A stretch of 64,000 nucleotides of DNA. Source: a virus. The notes below the pieces were generated by a model, which worked only from the letters and a program-made list of their open reading frames with translations, did no database searches and was not told where the DNA came from. Made by a program: the position numbers and the translations under genes. Below, one piece after another: positions 10,801-19,520 of this stretch (position 1 is its first letter; every line of letters starts with the position of its first letter). The stretch lies in IMG/VR virus record IMGVR_UViG_3300044716_000883, positions 64,001-128,000 of that record; one strand, written 5' to 3'.

Positions 10801-12289
10801 CCAATTCAACAACCAGCTATATTCTAATCAAAAGACTACGGATGGTGAAAAAATAATTTATAGCAGTGGATATAGTTATTCTCCACTATTATATTTTTCT
10901 ACATGTTCATCTGATCCTAAATTATCTTTCCAAAATCAAGGAAACCAATCAGCTTACTTAGCTACAGCTCAAAACTTAAGCTCATCTTTCTTTGTAAGCG
11001 GAAGTCCAATACTAGGATTCCCAGTAACAATGAGTGCAGGTATTGGAGGAACTAATGCTGTTGTTAATATATTTAACAATGCAATCAATACACCTTCTAC
11101 ACCAGTACAGTATTACTACCCAGGAGCTTTAAATCATGTACCTACATACTCAGCTCAAGAAACAGGACAATATAGAGTAAATGCTTCTGTGGGTATGAAT
11201 ATTACTATGGCTGATGGTGCTCATGCTACTTGGAGTTTAGAAATGTATAAAAATGGCACTTTAGCAGCTAGTTCAACTCAACAAATGTATTTTGGGAATG
11301 TAATAGGGGATTGTTTCGGGTATGATGTTACAAACAATACTCCATCTACCAACTTTGTTATTAGTTATCCCTTATGTGCTGATGGAACAACACAAAACAT
11401 AAGCCTACCCCCAGGCACTACTGTTCCTATATGCTCTAGGTCATACCCTATAGTAAGAAGAAGTTCTGGAGACCCAGCAAGTCCTGCAGAAGTTACTGTA
11501 TTAAATGTTCTTACACCATGTGATACTTACACAGTTTCTGTGGGAACTACTCAAAATGTAAACTTTAATATTGATAAAGGAACTAATAATACTGATTATA
11601 TTTCTCTTACAGGTGGAACAGGATTAACTGGGGATAAATTATATTTCCAATTAAGACTATTAGGTATAAGTAGCGACAACTATACTGCTTCTCTTACTCC
11701 TAGTAATTTATCTGTTGGATCTTTAGCACTAAGTACTGGATATTCTGTTACAAACTGCCCTTATATAACCGGTTCAACTTCTACTTCAATTACATTTACT
11801 AATTCATTATCTAATTTTTACAATGGTGGGTACTTATTCACACCAAACCCAGTATCCGGTTCTAAAAACAGTTTATATGGAACTTATTTCGATGTAGATT
11901 ATACATTTGATCCTAAAGAAAACGATATAGTTGTTTTACATTTATCTGATAGTAGTGTTTTAGAATATGTTATTAGTAAATTAAGTGTAAATCCAACAAC
12001 AAATGAATTAACATTGCATTTTAATGAAGAGTTATCATTATCAACTATATATGATTTAACAAATAATAATTATAGAAGATTTTTATTACTATCAAGAAGA
12101 AAAGATGAAACTAACGTTGTATTAAACTTTGTTAGACGTAATGGTAAATCATCAAATGGGTTCTTAATACCTGAAAATATTAGTCAAACCGTATTGAACA
12201 ATATTGATGTAATAACTAAAGAAGTAAAGCAAAAAATACTTGGAGATCAACCAATAATTAATGACCTTAATGGTGGAACTTTTCCTTAA
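7880..12289 (+). CDS. Large baseplate wedge-like structural protein (1469 aa)
   Basis: Context; the LPLLLKTKGTAYGLQTLVSTFG segment resembles the gp7/P2-gpI-like tail domain; the distal half is beta-rich. Confidence 0.5.
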   Translation: MADNIKIVGNILSEQQVPRYDAADVNLLATQTIQEDFGLTNDYIEYFVYDAGENLLNTNYTYRDFKAPSTSYVNPKNNGLPIIEIDPVKDLQNLGYRSGEFRVQYNLFTNKISNSDAELFLKEISADRTELRVGSTILTNEQIESGSLELINEYTNSPYFVDYLLNFSNNTQVVVVNVALNKVESGYEILFKLYHPLPDNIQEKSTLWVVQEKSNPYSFDINLDTLIIQAPGPKLRGPNFNIDIPNQNNIATSYQNYTSLVNSIQNVSTSSYQQLLSLITSQSIDINVDYTNFTNFSFFGSAKQRVINFYGKVKQIEDYNNLIVSYIPNVSTIGNLALEISSSKNAINTIISQFDGYEQYLYFESSSYAWPKTTTTTPYALATTASAQTWYSALTGSAEVYDENNQNNLSFTLPSFIKDDEDNDPYITFLNMVGHYFDNIWIFLQAITDINLANNNLEKGVSKDLVYNVLQSLGVKLYNQYGDSNNINFLVGVSGSSNWDNNFTSTGSYLNAIPRKDLLAESYKRIYHNLPLLLKTKGTAYGLQTLVSTFGITGSVLQIKEYGGDIKSGLLDEFNNDKIRIVSNTVTGSVLSPFISLQQQPTSSTQFRTNDLHYVDISFSPQDKIDIFTSASIAVASPTWSLDDFIGDPRFQYNQIYPTLETERTIYLSPLTASIVPYTGSLASGSIGATDYNSFIRLIQFFDNSLFKMLKDYVPARTSLSTGITISSPILERNKWVFANPSSTSEIEVEDGTINGPSIQTEYTDLYQGINYDNKVAYYDGNLTGSGINVHSYFVSGNINPYLSNIAVWNAQNPISESIDLNKFAHSDYNVMLNNVSKSLTSRNRQDIEYIFGTTQSIISPVELQDSYESLKTHQLSRYDGVKISSLKYNTYTSASSTYEGDTSFGKTATIDKNVVKLGLFSEITENVYLPKRNNAILKYLVDIDGNLTELNLRNTHWEEIQNTFIAGDTGSISQFNNQLYSNQKTTDGEKIIYSSGYSYSPLLYFSTCSSDPKLSFQNQGNQSAYLATAQNLSSSFFVSGSPILGFPVTMSAGIGGTNAVVNIFNNAINTPSTPVQYYYPGALNHVPTYSAQETGQYRVNASVGMNITMADGAHATWSLEMYKNGTLAASSTQQMYFGNVIGDCFGYDVTNNTPSTNFVISYPLCADGTTQNISLPPGTTVPICSRSYPIVRRSSGDPASPAEVTVLNVLTPCDTYTVSVGTTQNVNFNIDKGTNNTDYISLTGGTGLTGDKLYFQLRLLGISSDNYTASLTPSNLSVGSLALSTGYSVTNCPYITGSTSTSITFTNSLSNFYNGGYLFTPNPVSGSKNSLYGTYFDVDYTFDPKENDIVVLHLSDSSVLEYVISKLSVNPTTNELTLHFNEELSLSTIYDLTNNNYRRFLLLSRRKDETNVVLNFVRRNGKSSNGFLIPENISQTVLNNIDVITKEVKQKILGDQPIINDLNGGTFP

Positions 12290-12350
12290 TAGTCCCTAAT
12301 AATAAAATTTTAATTTAACATATTTATTAGTATATACAACATAAAGAATT

Positions 12351-13013
12351 ATGGCAATTTTAAATCCTACGACAGTAACTGTAGATGCAATATTAACCAC
12401 GAAGGGCCGCGAATTATTGGCTCGTAACGACGGTTCATTCCAAATTACTCAATTCGCATTAGCTGATGATGAGATTGATTATACTTTGTATAACCCAAAT
12501 CACCCATCAGGATCTGCGTTCTATGGTGAAGCAATTGAAAACACTCCTGTGTTAGAAGCTTTCCCTAACGAATCACAAATTATGCGTTACAAATTAGTAA
12601 CTTTACCTCGTGGTACATCTAAATTACCAGTTATTAACTTAGGTTATAACAGTATTATATTACGTCAAGGTGCTTCATTAACAATTACTCCACAAACCTT
12701 AAATTATTTAGGTTCTACAAGTACATTTGAAGCAAATGGTTACACAGCTACAATTGCTGATTCTCGTTTAGTATCTTCATTTACAGGTACAGGTATTACT
12801 TCAACAACACCACCTGCAGGATTAAACACAACTACAGGAACTGTATTATCAGTAACTCAAATTGGTACTTCATTCACGTTAACAGGTACAACAATTAATA
12901 CATTATTTGGTTCTACTTTAACTTCATTAGCTACTACAATCACTGTGATTGGTAGAGATAGTGGTGCAAGAGTTACTATTCCTCTTAATATTCAAAAAGT
13001 ATCATCAATCTAA
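12351..13013 (+). CDS. Tail/baseplate structural protein (tail-collar fibre N-terminal-like)
   Basis: AILTTKGRELLA..FQITQFALAD resembles the N-terminus of tail-collar fibre proteins. Confidence 0.45.
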   Translation: MAILNPTTVTVDAILTTKGRELLARNDGSFQITQFALADDEIDYTLYNPNHPSGSAFYGEAIENTPVLEAFPNESQIMRYKLVTLPRGTSKLPVINLGYNSIILRQGASLTITPQTLNYLGSTSTFEANGYTATIADSRLVSSFTGTGITSTTPPAGLNTTTGTVLSVTQIGTSFTLTGTTINTLFGSTLTSLATTITVIGRDSGARVTIPLNIQKVSSI

Positions 13014-13021
13014 TTTAACAT

Positions 13022-14023
13022 ATGTCATTTTCAAGATATAACACCGAAGATTCAGTAATCAGTTCAGAAACCGTAGTTAGAGGTTTATGGGGTGGAGATA
13101 ATAATTCTCTATCTACATTTTTTACCCAAAGTGGATACACTGAATATTATCTAGATGTATACAATGGAGATCCTTCAATATCAGGTTCTTCAGTACAGTT
13201 TTCAATTCAATATGGTAACCTAAATGGATCTGGATCTAATTTAATTAATCCTAATATCCCATTAGGTGGATATACTCCATCTCGTGTAGTATATGGTGAA
13301 TATAGAAATTTAGTTTACGGAACTGAAACCACAAACTTTAGCTTTGATAATGGTGCAACAACCGCAAATGATATATTTGTAATTAATGTTGCTCGTTCTC
13401 GTTATAAAGAATCTTTATTACCTAGTTCATTTAATTTAACCTTAGGAAGTGGTAGTAATACAGTTAGATTAACTGATGATAGCGGAACTACAAGTTTAAC
13501 TCGTTTTATTGGTGAAAATAAAGTATATTATGTTATTAGCGGAAGTAATGGTAATGCATATACCCCAGCTGCTTCATCTTCATATTACGGAATGGTATTT
13601 CCTGATTTAGATATTATTGTATTAAATGCTTCTGCATCATCAACAGTATCTTTAACTAATGTATTTGCTCCATTAGCTCAAACTACATCTTCAGCTAATT
13701 ATAATGCCATTAAATTATATAATTCGATTGTTAGTGGATCTTCAACATTCCCTTTTCAATTAAAATCATCTGAAACTGTTTCTTCAAGATATTTCTTTAC
13801 AAGAGTAAAAAATAGTGAGTTTAACTATACTTCAAATCCATCTATTATAGATGCAAATGGCAACTTATTATACACAACTTTAATTAACAATCCTCAAACA
13901 TACGTTACAACAGTAGGTATGTATAATGATAATAATGAGTTGTTAGCAGTAGCTAAATTAAGTAAACCATTAACTAAAGACTTTACTAAAGAAGCTCTAA
14001 TTAGAATCAAACTAGACTATTAA
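13022..14023 (+). CDS. Tail/baseplate structural protein with C-terminal TVGMYNDNNELLAVAKL domain
   Basis: The C-terminal motif resembles tail-collar fibre domains; paralogous to 14027..15541 and 17776..18084. Confidence 0.5.
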   Translation: MSFSRYNTEDSVISSETVVRGLWGGDNNSLSTFFTQSGYTEYYLDVYNGDPSISGSSVQFSIQYGNLNGSGSNLINPNIPLGGYTPSRVVYGEYRNLVYGTETTNFSFDNGATTANDIFVINVARSRYKESLLPSSFNLTLGSGSNTVRLTDDSGTTSLTRFIGENKVYYVISGSNGNAYTPAASSSYYGMVFPDLDIIVLNASASSTVSLTNVFAPLAQTTSSANYNAIKLYNSIVSGSSTFPFQLKSSETVSSRYFFTRVKNSEFNYTSNPSIIDANGNLLYTTLINNPQTYVTTVGMYNDNNELLAVAKLSKPLTKDFTKEALIRIKLDY

Positions 14024-14026
14024 TGC

Positions 14027-15541
14027 ATGTCTTCATTCAAAAAGTTAAGCAAATCAGACGTTACAGTAGTACCTTACCATGCTAATAAGCAATGGATACT
14101 GGATTATTGCCCATACCCTACATCATCTGACTATTTAACTATTTATAAAGGCACAAACCTTACTGGGAGTTTTTCTTTAGATGACGATCCCGTTACTGAA
14201 AATCAATATGAAAGACTAGTCTATAATCAAATCAACCAGTTATTCTATCAAGATTATACTACTTCTTTAGATACTAGTTCGTTAATGCTTTCACTTAACA
14301 ACTACGAATCTGCATCGCAGCAAAGACCAACTTCATCTTATTTTGTATATAACGACAATAAGAATTTAATTACCCTCTTCCCTACAGGTACTATGGAAGG
14401 AATCCGTGTGTTAGCTGTTAATCAAGACATTTATGGTAATAAAGTATTACCAAACCACTTTATCTTATCTTCATCTGCATATTATGTAACTGATGATGGT
14501 TTTGGTAATTTATATGATACAAAATCTACAAAAAAGCATATTGGAAATATGTTTTATGCTCATGGAATAGGAATTATAACTGACCCAGATTATCAATTAA
14601 TGTTTCCTTTACCTCCATTAGCTAAAAATGATATTGCTTATTTTCTAAATACTGATTTTCCTAAAACTATCTCTCCATTAATTAATGACGATCCTAGAGG
14701 AGGAACATTAGTACCTAGTACTTTAACTTTATCTGGTAGTGCAGCTGATTTAGTATTTTGGACTAATAACGGTGATGGAACTGTTACTCTAAATTCATCA
14801 GTTGTCGGGACATATGTAATTTATTATACTGTGGAATCTAGTTATGATTGTGGTAATATTCCAAGTAATAAAGCTAAAATAGCAGTAAATGTAAGTATAA
14901 CATTAACACCAACCACAACAACTAGTACTTCTACATCTACATCAACAAGTACTTCGACGAGTACATCTACTTCAACATCGACATCAACAAGTACATCGAC
15001 ATCAACAAGTACATCTACTTCTACAAGTACTTCAACATCGACAAGTACTTCAACATCGACAAGTACTTCAACGAGTACTTCAACATCAACATCAACAAGT
15101 ACATCGACATCAACAAGTACTAGTACAACAACTAGTACAACAACTGCTCCTCCAATAATATTATCTATAGCTTATGTTGATGCAGCAGGAAATATAAGAT
15201 TAGAAGGAAATTCAGCAACTACTTTAACTGAAAATATTGAATTTCAAGTAATTAGAAGTGTTAGTCATGCTTATACATCACTAAATTGTGGAGCAGGGGA
15301 AATATCACAAAGTAATTTCTTTACAGCACAAACAACAACAATATTTTCTGGTAATACTACAGGACAAAGTGTTGATATATTCTCTACAGGAACTGTTCAA
15401 ACAACTAAAATAGATTCAGTAACAATACTTTGGTCAGATTCATCATCAACTGCCGTACCAAATAATAACACTACTGTCACATCACCAGTAACAGGAAAGA
15501 ATTATAAAATAACTAATATTGATACTTGTACTCCTATTTAA
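14027..15541 (+). CDS. Virion structural protein with Ig-like segment, mucin-like (Thr-Ser)n linker and distal beta domain
   Basis: The N-half aligns by eye with 13022..14023 (LPxxFxL..xTDD motif). Internal 78-residue T/S tract. It lacks the paralog's C-terminal domain. Confidence 0.6.
   Translation: MSSFKKLSKSDVTVVPYHANKQWILDYCPYPTSSDYLTIYKGTNLTGSFSLDDDPVTENQYERLVYNQINQLFYQDYTTSLDTSSLMLSLNNYESASQQRPTSSYFVYNDNKNLITLFPTGTMEGIRVLAVNQDIYGNKVLPNHFILSSSAYYVTDDGFGNLYDTKSTKKHIGNMFYAHGIGIITDPDYQLMFPLPPLAKNDIAYFLNTDFPKTISPLINDDPRGGTLVPSTLTLSGSAADLVFWTNNGDGTVTLNSSVVGTYVIYYTVESSYDCGNIPSNKAKIAVNVSITLTPTTTTSTSTSTSTSTSTSTSTSTSTSTSTSTSTSTSTSTSTSTSTSTSTSTSTSTSTSTSTSTSTSTSTSTSTTTSTTTAPPIILSIAYVDAAGNIRLEGNSATTLTENIEFQVIRSVSHAYTSLNCGAGEISQSNFFTAQTTTIFSGNTTGQSVDIFSTGTVQTTKIDSVTILWSDSSSTAVPNNNTTVTSPVTGKNYKITNIDTCTPI
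14912..15145 (+). repeat. In-frame low-complexity repeat encoding 78 consecutive Thr/Ser residues, mostly (TS)n
   Basis: Seen directly; mixed synonymous codons with recurring 18-bp units such as ACAAGTACTTCAACATCG. Confidence 0.95.
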
Positions 15542-15548
15542 TAAAAAA

Positions 15549-15580
15549 TTTGGAGTCATAAATTAGGATAATTATATTAT
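15549..15580 (+). promoter_or_regulatory. Bacteroidota-type sigma70 promoter candidate for the glycosylation cassette
   Basis: TTTG (15549) -N20- TATATTAT (15573), compared with consensus TTTG-N19-21-TAnnTTTG; imperfect -7 box. Confidence 0.4.
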
Positions 15581-15584
15581 AGTT

Positions 15585-16526
15585 ATGAAAAATTTACGTT
15601 ATATTTGCGTTCAACCTCGTCTGATATATTATGCCTGGCAAGTAGAAGTTATGATTAATAACTTTATTAAAAATGGAATCAGTGGTAATAATATTGATAT
15701 TCTAGTTGCTTGGAACTCCAATGACGATACTAATACCCCAGAAGTAATAGAAGCTTGGAATAAATTAGCTAATACATACAATTATGTTAGATTCTTCTTC
15801 TATGAAGATACTAGAGAAGATATGAATTATATTCCTTCTATTTACTTTAATATATTAAAACAACACATTAAGGCCCACCCAGAACTAATAGACCAACCTC
15901 TATTTTTACACGATTCTGATATCTTATTTACAAAACCAGTTGATTTTAGCAGTATGCTAAATGATAAAATTTGGTATTTAAGTGATACTGTTGGTTATAT
16001 TGGAACTCAATATGTTTTAACAAAAGGTGAAGATGTTTATAAAGGAATGTGTAATATAATAGGAATTGATCCTTTAATACCTAAACTATTAAATTCAAAT
16101 TCTGGGGGTGCTCAACATATTGTTAAAGGTTCTACTTATGAATATTGGGATAAAGTAGAAAAAGATTCAATTAGATTATATAGATGGTTTTGTGAACAAG
16201 AACCTTTATGGAAGGGTGAAGGATATCCAATTCAAAAGTGGACTGCAGGTATGTGGTCACTATTATGGAATGCTTGGTTATTTGGTAATGAAACTAAAGT
16301 AGATAAAAGATTAGATTTTTGTTGGGCAACTGACCCTATTAATGGATGGAATAATGTATCAATATTCCATAATGCTGGTGTGACAGAACATGGTAAGTTA
16401 TTTATGAAGGGTAATTATATTAATTCATATCCATATGGCATAGAAAACACGTTTGATTCTAATTTTTGTTCATATAACTATGTTAATGAAATTATAGAAA
16501 CTTCTAAAAAAACATGTTTAATATGA
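15585..16526 (+). CDS. GT-A fold glycosyltransferase, resembling peptidyl-Ser/Hyp O-glycosyltransferases (GT96/GT95-like)
   Basis: DxD motif FLHDSDILFTKP; later KWTAGMWSLLWNA and IFHNAG motifs. Family resemblance is from recalled motifs. Confidence 0.55.
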   Translation: MKNLRYICVQPRLIYYAWQVEVMINNFIKNGISGNNIDILVAWNSNDDTNTPEVIEAWNKLANTYNYVRFFFYEDTREDMNYIPSIYFNILKQHIKAHPELIDQPLFLHDSDILFTKPVDFSSMLNDKIWYLSDTVGYIGTQYVLTKGEDVYKGMCNIIGIDPLIPKLLNSNSGGAQHIVKGSTYEYWDKVEKDSIRLYRWFCEQEPLWKGEGYPIQKWTAGMWSLLWNAWLFGNETKVDKRLDFCWATDPINGWNNVSIFHNAGVTEHGKLFMKGNYINSYPYGIENTFDSNFCSYNYVNEIIETSKKTCLI

Positions 16527-17263
16527 TTTTACCAAAAATATCTTGTATATGTCCTACCTTTTCCAGGGCATATCTGTTGGAAGAAGCTCTTGAATCTTTC
16601 TTAAAACAAGATTACCAAGGAGAAAAAGAATTAATAATATATAATGATTTCTCCCAACAAGAATTTATATTTGAACACCCAGAAGTAAAAATAATTAACT
16701 CATTAGAAAGATCCCCTAATTTAGGACACAAATGGAATGTAACTTATAGTTATGCTACTGGAGAATATTTACTAACATGGGGGGATGATGATATTTACTT
16801 ACCAGGCAGAATAAGTAGAATGGTTAACAATTTAAATCAGTCTGATTTTTTATATGAAGGTCCATTTTATATACTCTACGGAGATGTTCTTTACAAAAAA
16901 CCAAATCAAACACAAGGAGCAAATATAGTTTCAAGAAAATTATTTGATGCAGTAGGAGGAGTACCAGAAAAAAATACAGGAGAAGATGCCGCTTTTAATA
17001 ATAGAATAGCAGAGTATTTAGGTAAACCCCTTGATGTTTGTAAAGATGAACCACAATTTCTATATAGGTGGTCATCACCAAGAAATCATATATCTCAATT
17101 TGGAGAAGATAAAGAAGGTGAAATCACCAGTTATCAAAGAATGTTAGAAGCAGCAAATATATACATTGAATCCGGTAAAGAGCCTAAAGGTACTTATCAT
17201 TTAAATCCTCATTGGAAATTAAATTGGGTAGAAGAGGTAAAAACTGCTACTTTAGAACCCTAA
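16523..17263 (+). CDS. Glycosyltransferase family 2
   Basis: ISCICPTFSR..LEEALESFLKQDY..IIYND, GEYLLTWGDDDIYLP.RI. Confidence 0.85.
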   Translation: MILPKISCICPTFSRAYLLEEALESFLKQDYQGEKELIIYNDFSQQEFIFEHPEVKIINSLERSPNLGHKWNVTYSYATGEYLLTWGDDDIYLPGRISRMVNNLNQSDFLYEGPFYILYGDVLYKKPNQTQGANIVSRKLFDAVGGVPEKNTGEDAAFNNRIAEYLGKPLDVCKDEPQFLYRWSSPRNHISQFGEDKEGEITSYQRMLEAANIYIESGKEPKGTYHLNPHWKLNWVEEVKTATLEP

Positions 17264-17272
17264 CTAAAAAAT

Positions 17273-17755
17273 ATGAACTACATTCACCCTACAGCTCTGG
17301 TTGAATCTAATGTAATAATTGAAGAAGATGTTTATATTGGACCTTATTGTATAATCGGATTTCCACCTGAATGGAAAAAAAGAGAAGACGAAGGTAAGGG
17401 TGTATTGATTAAAAAAGGAACTAGATTAACTGGATTTGTAACAGTAGATGCAGGTGCAGAAAGAAGAACTGAAATAGGTGAAAATTGCTATATAATGAAA
17501 TATGGTTATGTTGCTCATGATTGTATACTAGGAAATAATGTAACAATGAGTGCTGGCTCAAAATTAGCAGGCTTCTGCTATATTTCTGAAAATGTAAATC
17601 TAGGAATGGGAGTTGCTATCCATCAAAAATCAACAATACCCCCAGGAGTGATGATAGGAATGAATGGAGTAGTAACTAAACAAAGTAAATTATTACCTAA
17701 TCAAAAATATGTGGGTATACCTGTTAAACATATAGGAAGTAATGAAAGACATTAA
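17273..17755 (+). CDS. Hexapeptide-repeat (left-handed beta-helix) acyltransferase, LpxA/sugar O-acyltransferase-like
   Basis: IHPTALVESNVIIEEDVYIGPYCIIG, VAHDCILGNNV; no LpxA C-terminal helical domain. Confidence 0.8.
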   Translation: MNYIHPTALVESNVIIEEDVYIGPYCIIGFPPEWKKREDEGKGVLIKKGTRLTGFVTVDAGAERRTEIGENCYIMKYGYVAHDCILGNNVTMSAGSKLAGFCYISENVNLGMGVAIHQKSTIPPGVMIGMNGVVTKQSKLLPNQKYVGIPVKHIGSNERH

Positions 17756-17775
17756 AATTATAGATATTTATAACC

Positions 17776-18084
17776 ATGCCAGTAACACACACAGGACCAT
17801 TCACCATACTATTTAAAAATGAACATACCATCTACGAAAATGAAATTCGTTGTTTGGTAAAGGAAAGTGATTACAACTTATCATACAACCCAACATTAGT
17901 GTCAGGTAGCTATGAAAGTGGATCCTTAAAGAATTTTGCTACTGCTTCTACTTTCTATACTTACGCTACAACAATAGGTTTGTATGATGATGACAATCAA
18001 CTATTAGCTGTTGCTAAATTGGGTAAACCAATTATGATGTCACCTGATACAGATATGACGTTCGTAGTTAAGTATGATGAATAA
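17776..18084 (+). CDS. Stand-alone C-terminal domain of the 13022/14027 structural family
   Basis: YNLSYNPTL..YATTIGLYDDDNQLLAVAKLGKP matches FNYTSNPSI..YVTTVGMYNDNNELLAVAKLSKP of 13022..14023; has its own ATATTTAT at 17764. Confidence 0.7.
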   Translation: MPVTHTGPFTILFKNEHTIYENEIRCLVKESDYNLSYNPTLVSGSYESGSLKNFATASTFYTYATTIGLYDDDNQLLAVAKLGKPIMMSPDTDMTFVVKYDE

Positions 18085-18098
18085 AATAAATTTTAGTT

Positions 18099-18542
18099 AT
18101 GTTACAAACATCTAATCCTCTTTATGTTGAGGATTTAATAAATGATCCCAATTTTAATATTGATGACTACTGTGGTTATGTCTATATGACTTGTCATGAT
18201 TTAACAGGTCGTAGATACATTGGTAAAAAAGTATTTCATCACACCACTACTAAAAAATTAGGCAAGAAAGAACTAACTGAAATTCCAGTTACCAGAGGTA
18301 AACGCCCATCTAAAAAAACAGTAGTTAAGGAAAGTGATTGGAAAACATATTATGGTTCCAATACTGAAGTAAAGTCATTACCTAAAGACGAAATGACTCG
18401 TATCGTATTGCGTTTATGCAAAACAAAAAAAGAACTAACATACTACGAAACAAAATTCCTATTTGATTATAACGTGTTGGAAAATGACACTTATATGAAC
18501 GATAATATATTAGGTAAATTCTATCGAAAAGACTTGTTATAG
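18099..18542 (+). CDS. GIY-YIG family nuclease (Seg-like, short)
   Basis: GYVY..T...GRRYIGKK, WKTYYGS, ELTYYE, YMNDNILGKFY. Confidence 0.75.
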   Translation: MLQTSNPLYVEDLINDPNFNIDDYCGYVYMTCHDLTGRRYIGKKVFHHTTTKKLGKKELTEIPVTRGKRPSKKTVVKESDWKTYYGSNTEVKSLPKDEMTRIVLRLCKTKKELTYYETKFLFDYNVLENDTYMNDNILGKFYRKDLL

Positions 18543-18564
18543 GCAAAATAGAGTCGTACATTCG
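18534..18564 (+). promoter_or_regulatory. Bacteroidota-type promoter candidate with GGCAAAAT box, upstream of primase
   Basis: TTG (18534) -N20- TACATTCG (18557); GGCAAAAT at 18542. Confidence 0.5.
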
Positions 18565-18569
18565 AGGTT

Positions 18570-19520
18570 ATGGATAATACAGCTTTACTATTTCTAACTG
18601 AATCGGTGCTAGGCAAGGGACAATCTACAAGCAAAGGTAACTATGCTTTTAAGTGTCCATTCTGTACTCACCACAAAAATAAGATGGAAATTAGCATGCG
18701 CACAACGGAAAAGAAAGAAAATTTCTGGCATTGTTGGGTGTGTGGGGCTAAAGGCAAAACATTACTATCCTTATTCAAGAAAATCAAAGCACCAGCTGCT
18801 AAAATAGCAGAATTGAACATATTAGTAGTACCTAATAAAGCACATCAGCAAACTGAAAAAGGTGCTCTTGAACTACCTAAAGAGTTTATTGCGTTTGATG
18901 ATCACGAAAAATTTATAACTGATAGAGTTGCTCAAATCGAATCAAAACACGCTCTTAGATTTTTAAGAAGAAGAGGTATTACTGTAGACGATATTACAAA
19001 ATACAATATAGGCTTTTGTAAGGACGGAAAATACGGCGGTAGAGTAATTATACCATCATTTGATGAATTAGGAAAACTTAATTATTTTATAGCTAGAGAT
19101 TACAAAGACGAAGCTAGTCAAAAATATAAAAATCCTCCTGTTGCCTCTAAAGAGATTATAGGCTGGGAGTTATTCATAAATTGGGATGCACCAATTATAC
19201 TTGTTGAAGGTATTTTTGATGCTCTAACTATCAAACGAAACGTCATTCCTTTGTTTGGTAAGGTATTGCACGATAAACTAATGCAAAAGTTAGTTATGTC
19301 TTCTGTTAATAGAATTTATATTGCTTTAGACCAAGACGCAAGACGAGATGCTTTAAAACAAGCAGAAAAACTTATGTCATATGGTAAAGAAGTATACATG
19401 GTAGAATTAGAAGGTAAAGACGCTAATGAAATTGGTTTTGAAGCATTTTTAAACACAATTGAGCAAACACAACCACTGACATTTCAGAGTTTGCTTGAGA
19501 AAAAATTACAATTAATATGA
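18570..19520 (+). CDS. dnaG: DNA primase (zinc finger + TOPRIM)
   Basis: CPFC..H..WHCWVC zinc finger; GRVIIP; TOPRIM motifs LVEGIFDA and IALDQDA. Confidence 0.9.
   Translation: MDNTALLFLTESVLGKGQSTSKGNYAFKCPFCTHHKNKMEISMRTTEKKENFWHCWVCGAKGKTLLSLFKKIKAPAAKIAELNILVVPNKAHQQTEKGALELPKEFIAFDDHEKFITDRVAQIESKHALRFLRRRGITVDDITKYNIGFCKDGKYGGRVIIPSFDELGKLNYFIARDYKDEASQKYKNPPVASKEIIGWELFINWDAPIILVEGIFDALTIKRNVIPLFGKVLHDKLMQKLVMSSVNRIYIALDQDARRDALKQAEKLMSYGKEVYMVELEGKDANEIGFEAFLNTIEQTQPLTFQSLLEKKLQLI

Noticed and set aside
14912-15145. TS tract as a contingency microsatellite or assembly artefact
   Set aside because: The DNA is not a pure short tandem repeat: codons vary while the frame and T/S identity are kept, so it is not a frameshifting switch.
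18099-18542. GIY-YIG nuclease as the mobiliser of the glycosylation cassette or as an intron-encoded endonuclease
   Set aside because: It is a short catalytic-domain-only ORF outside the cassette boundaries, with no interrupted gene or intron structure around it.
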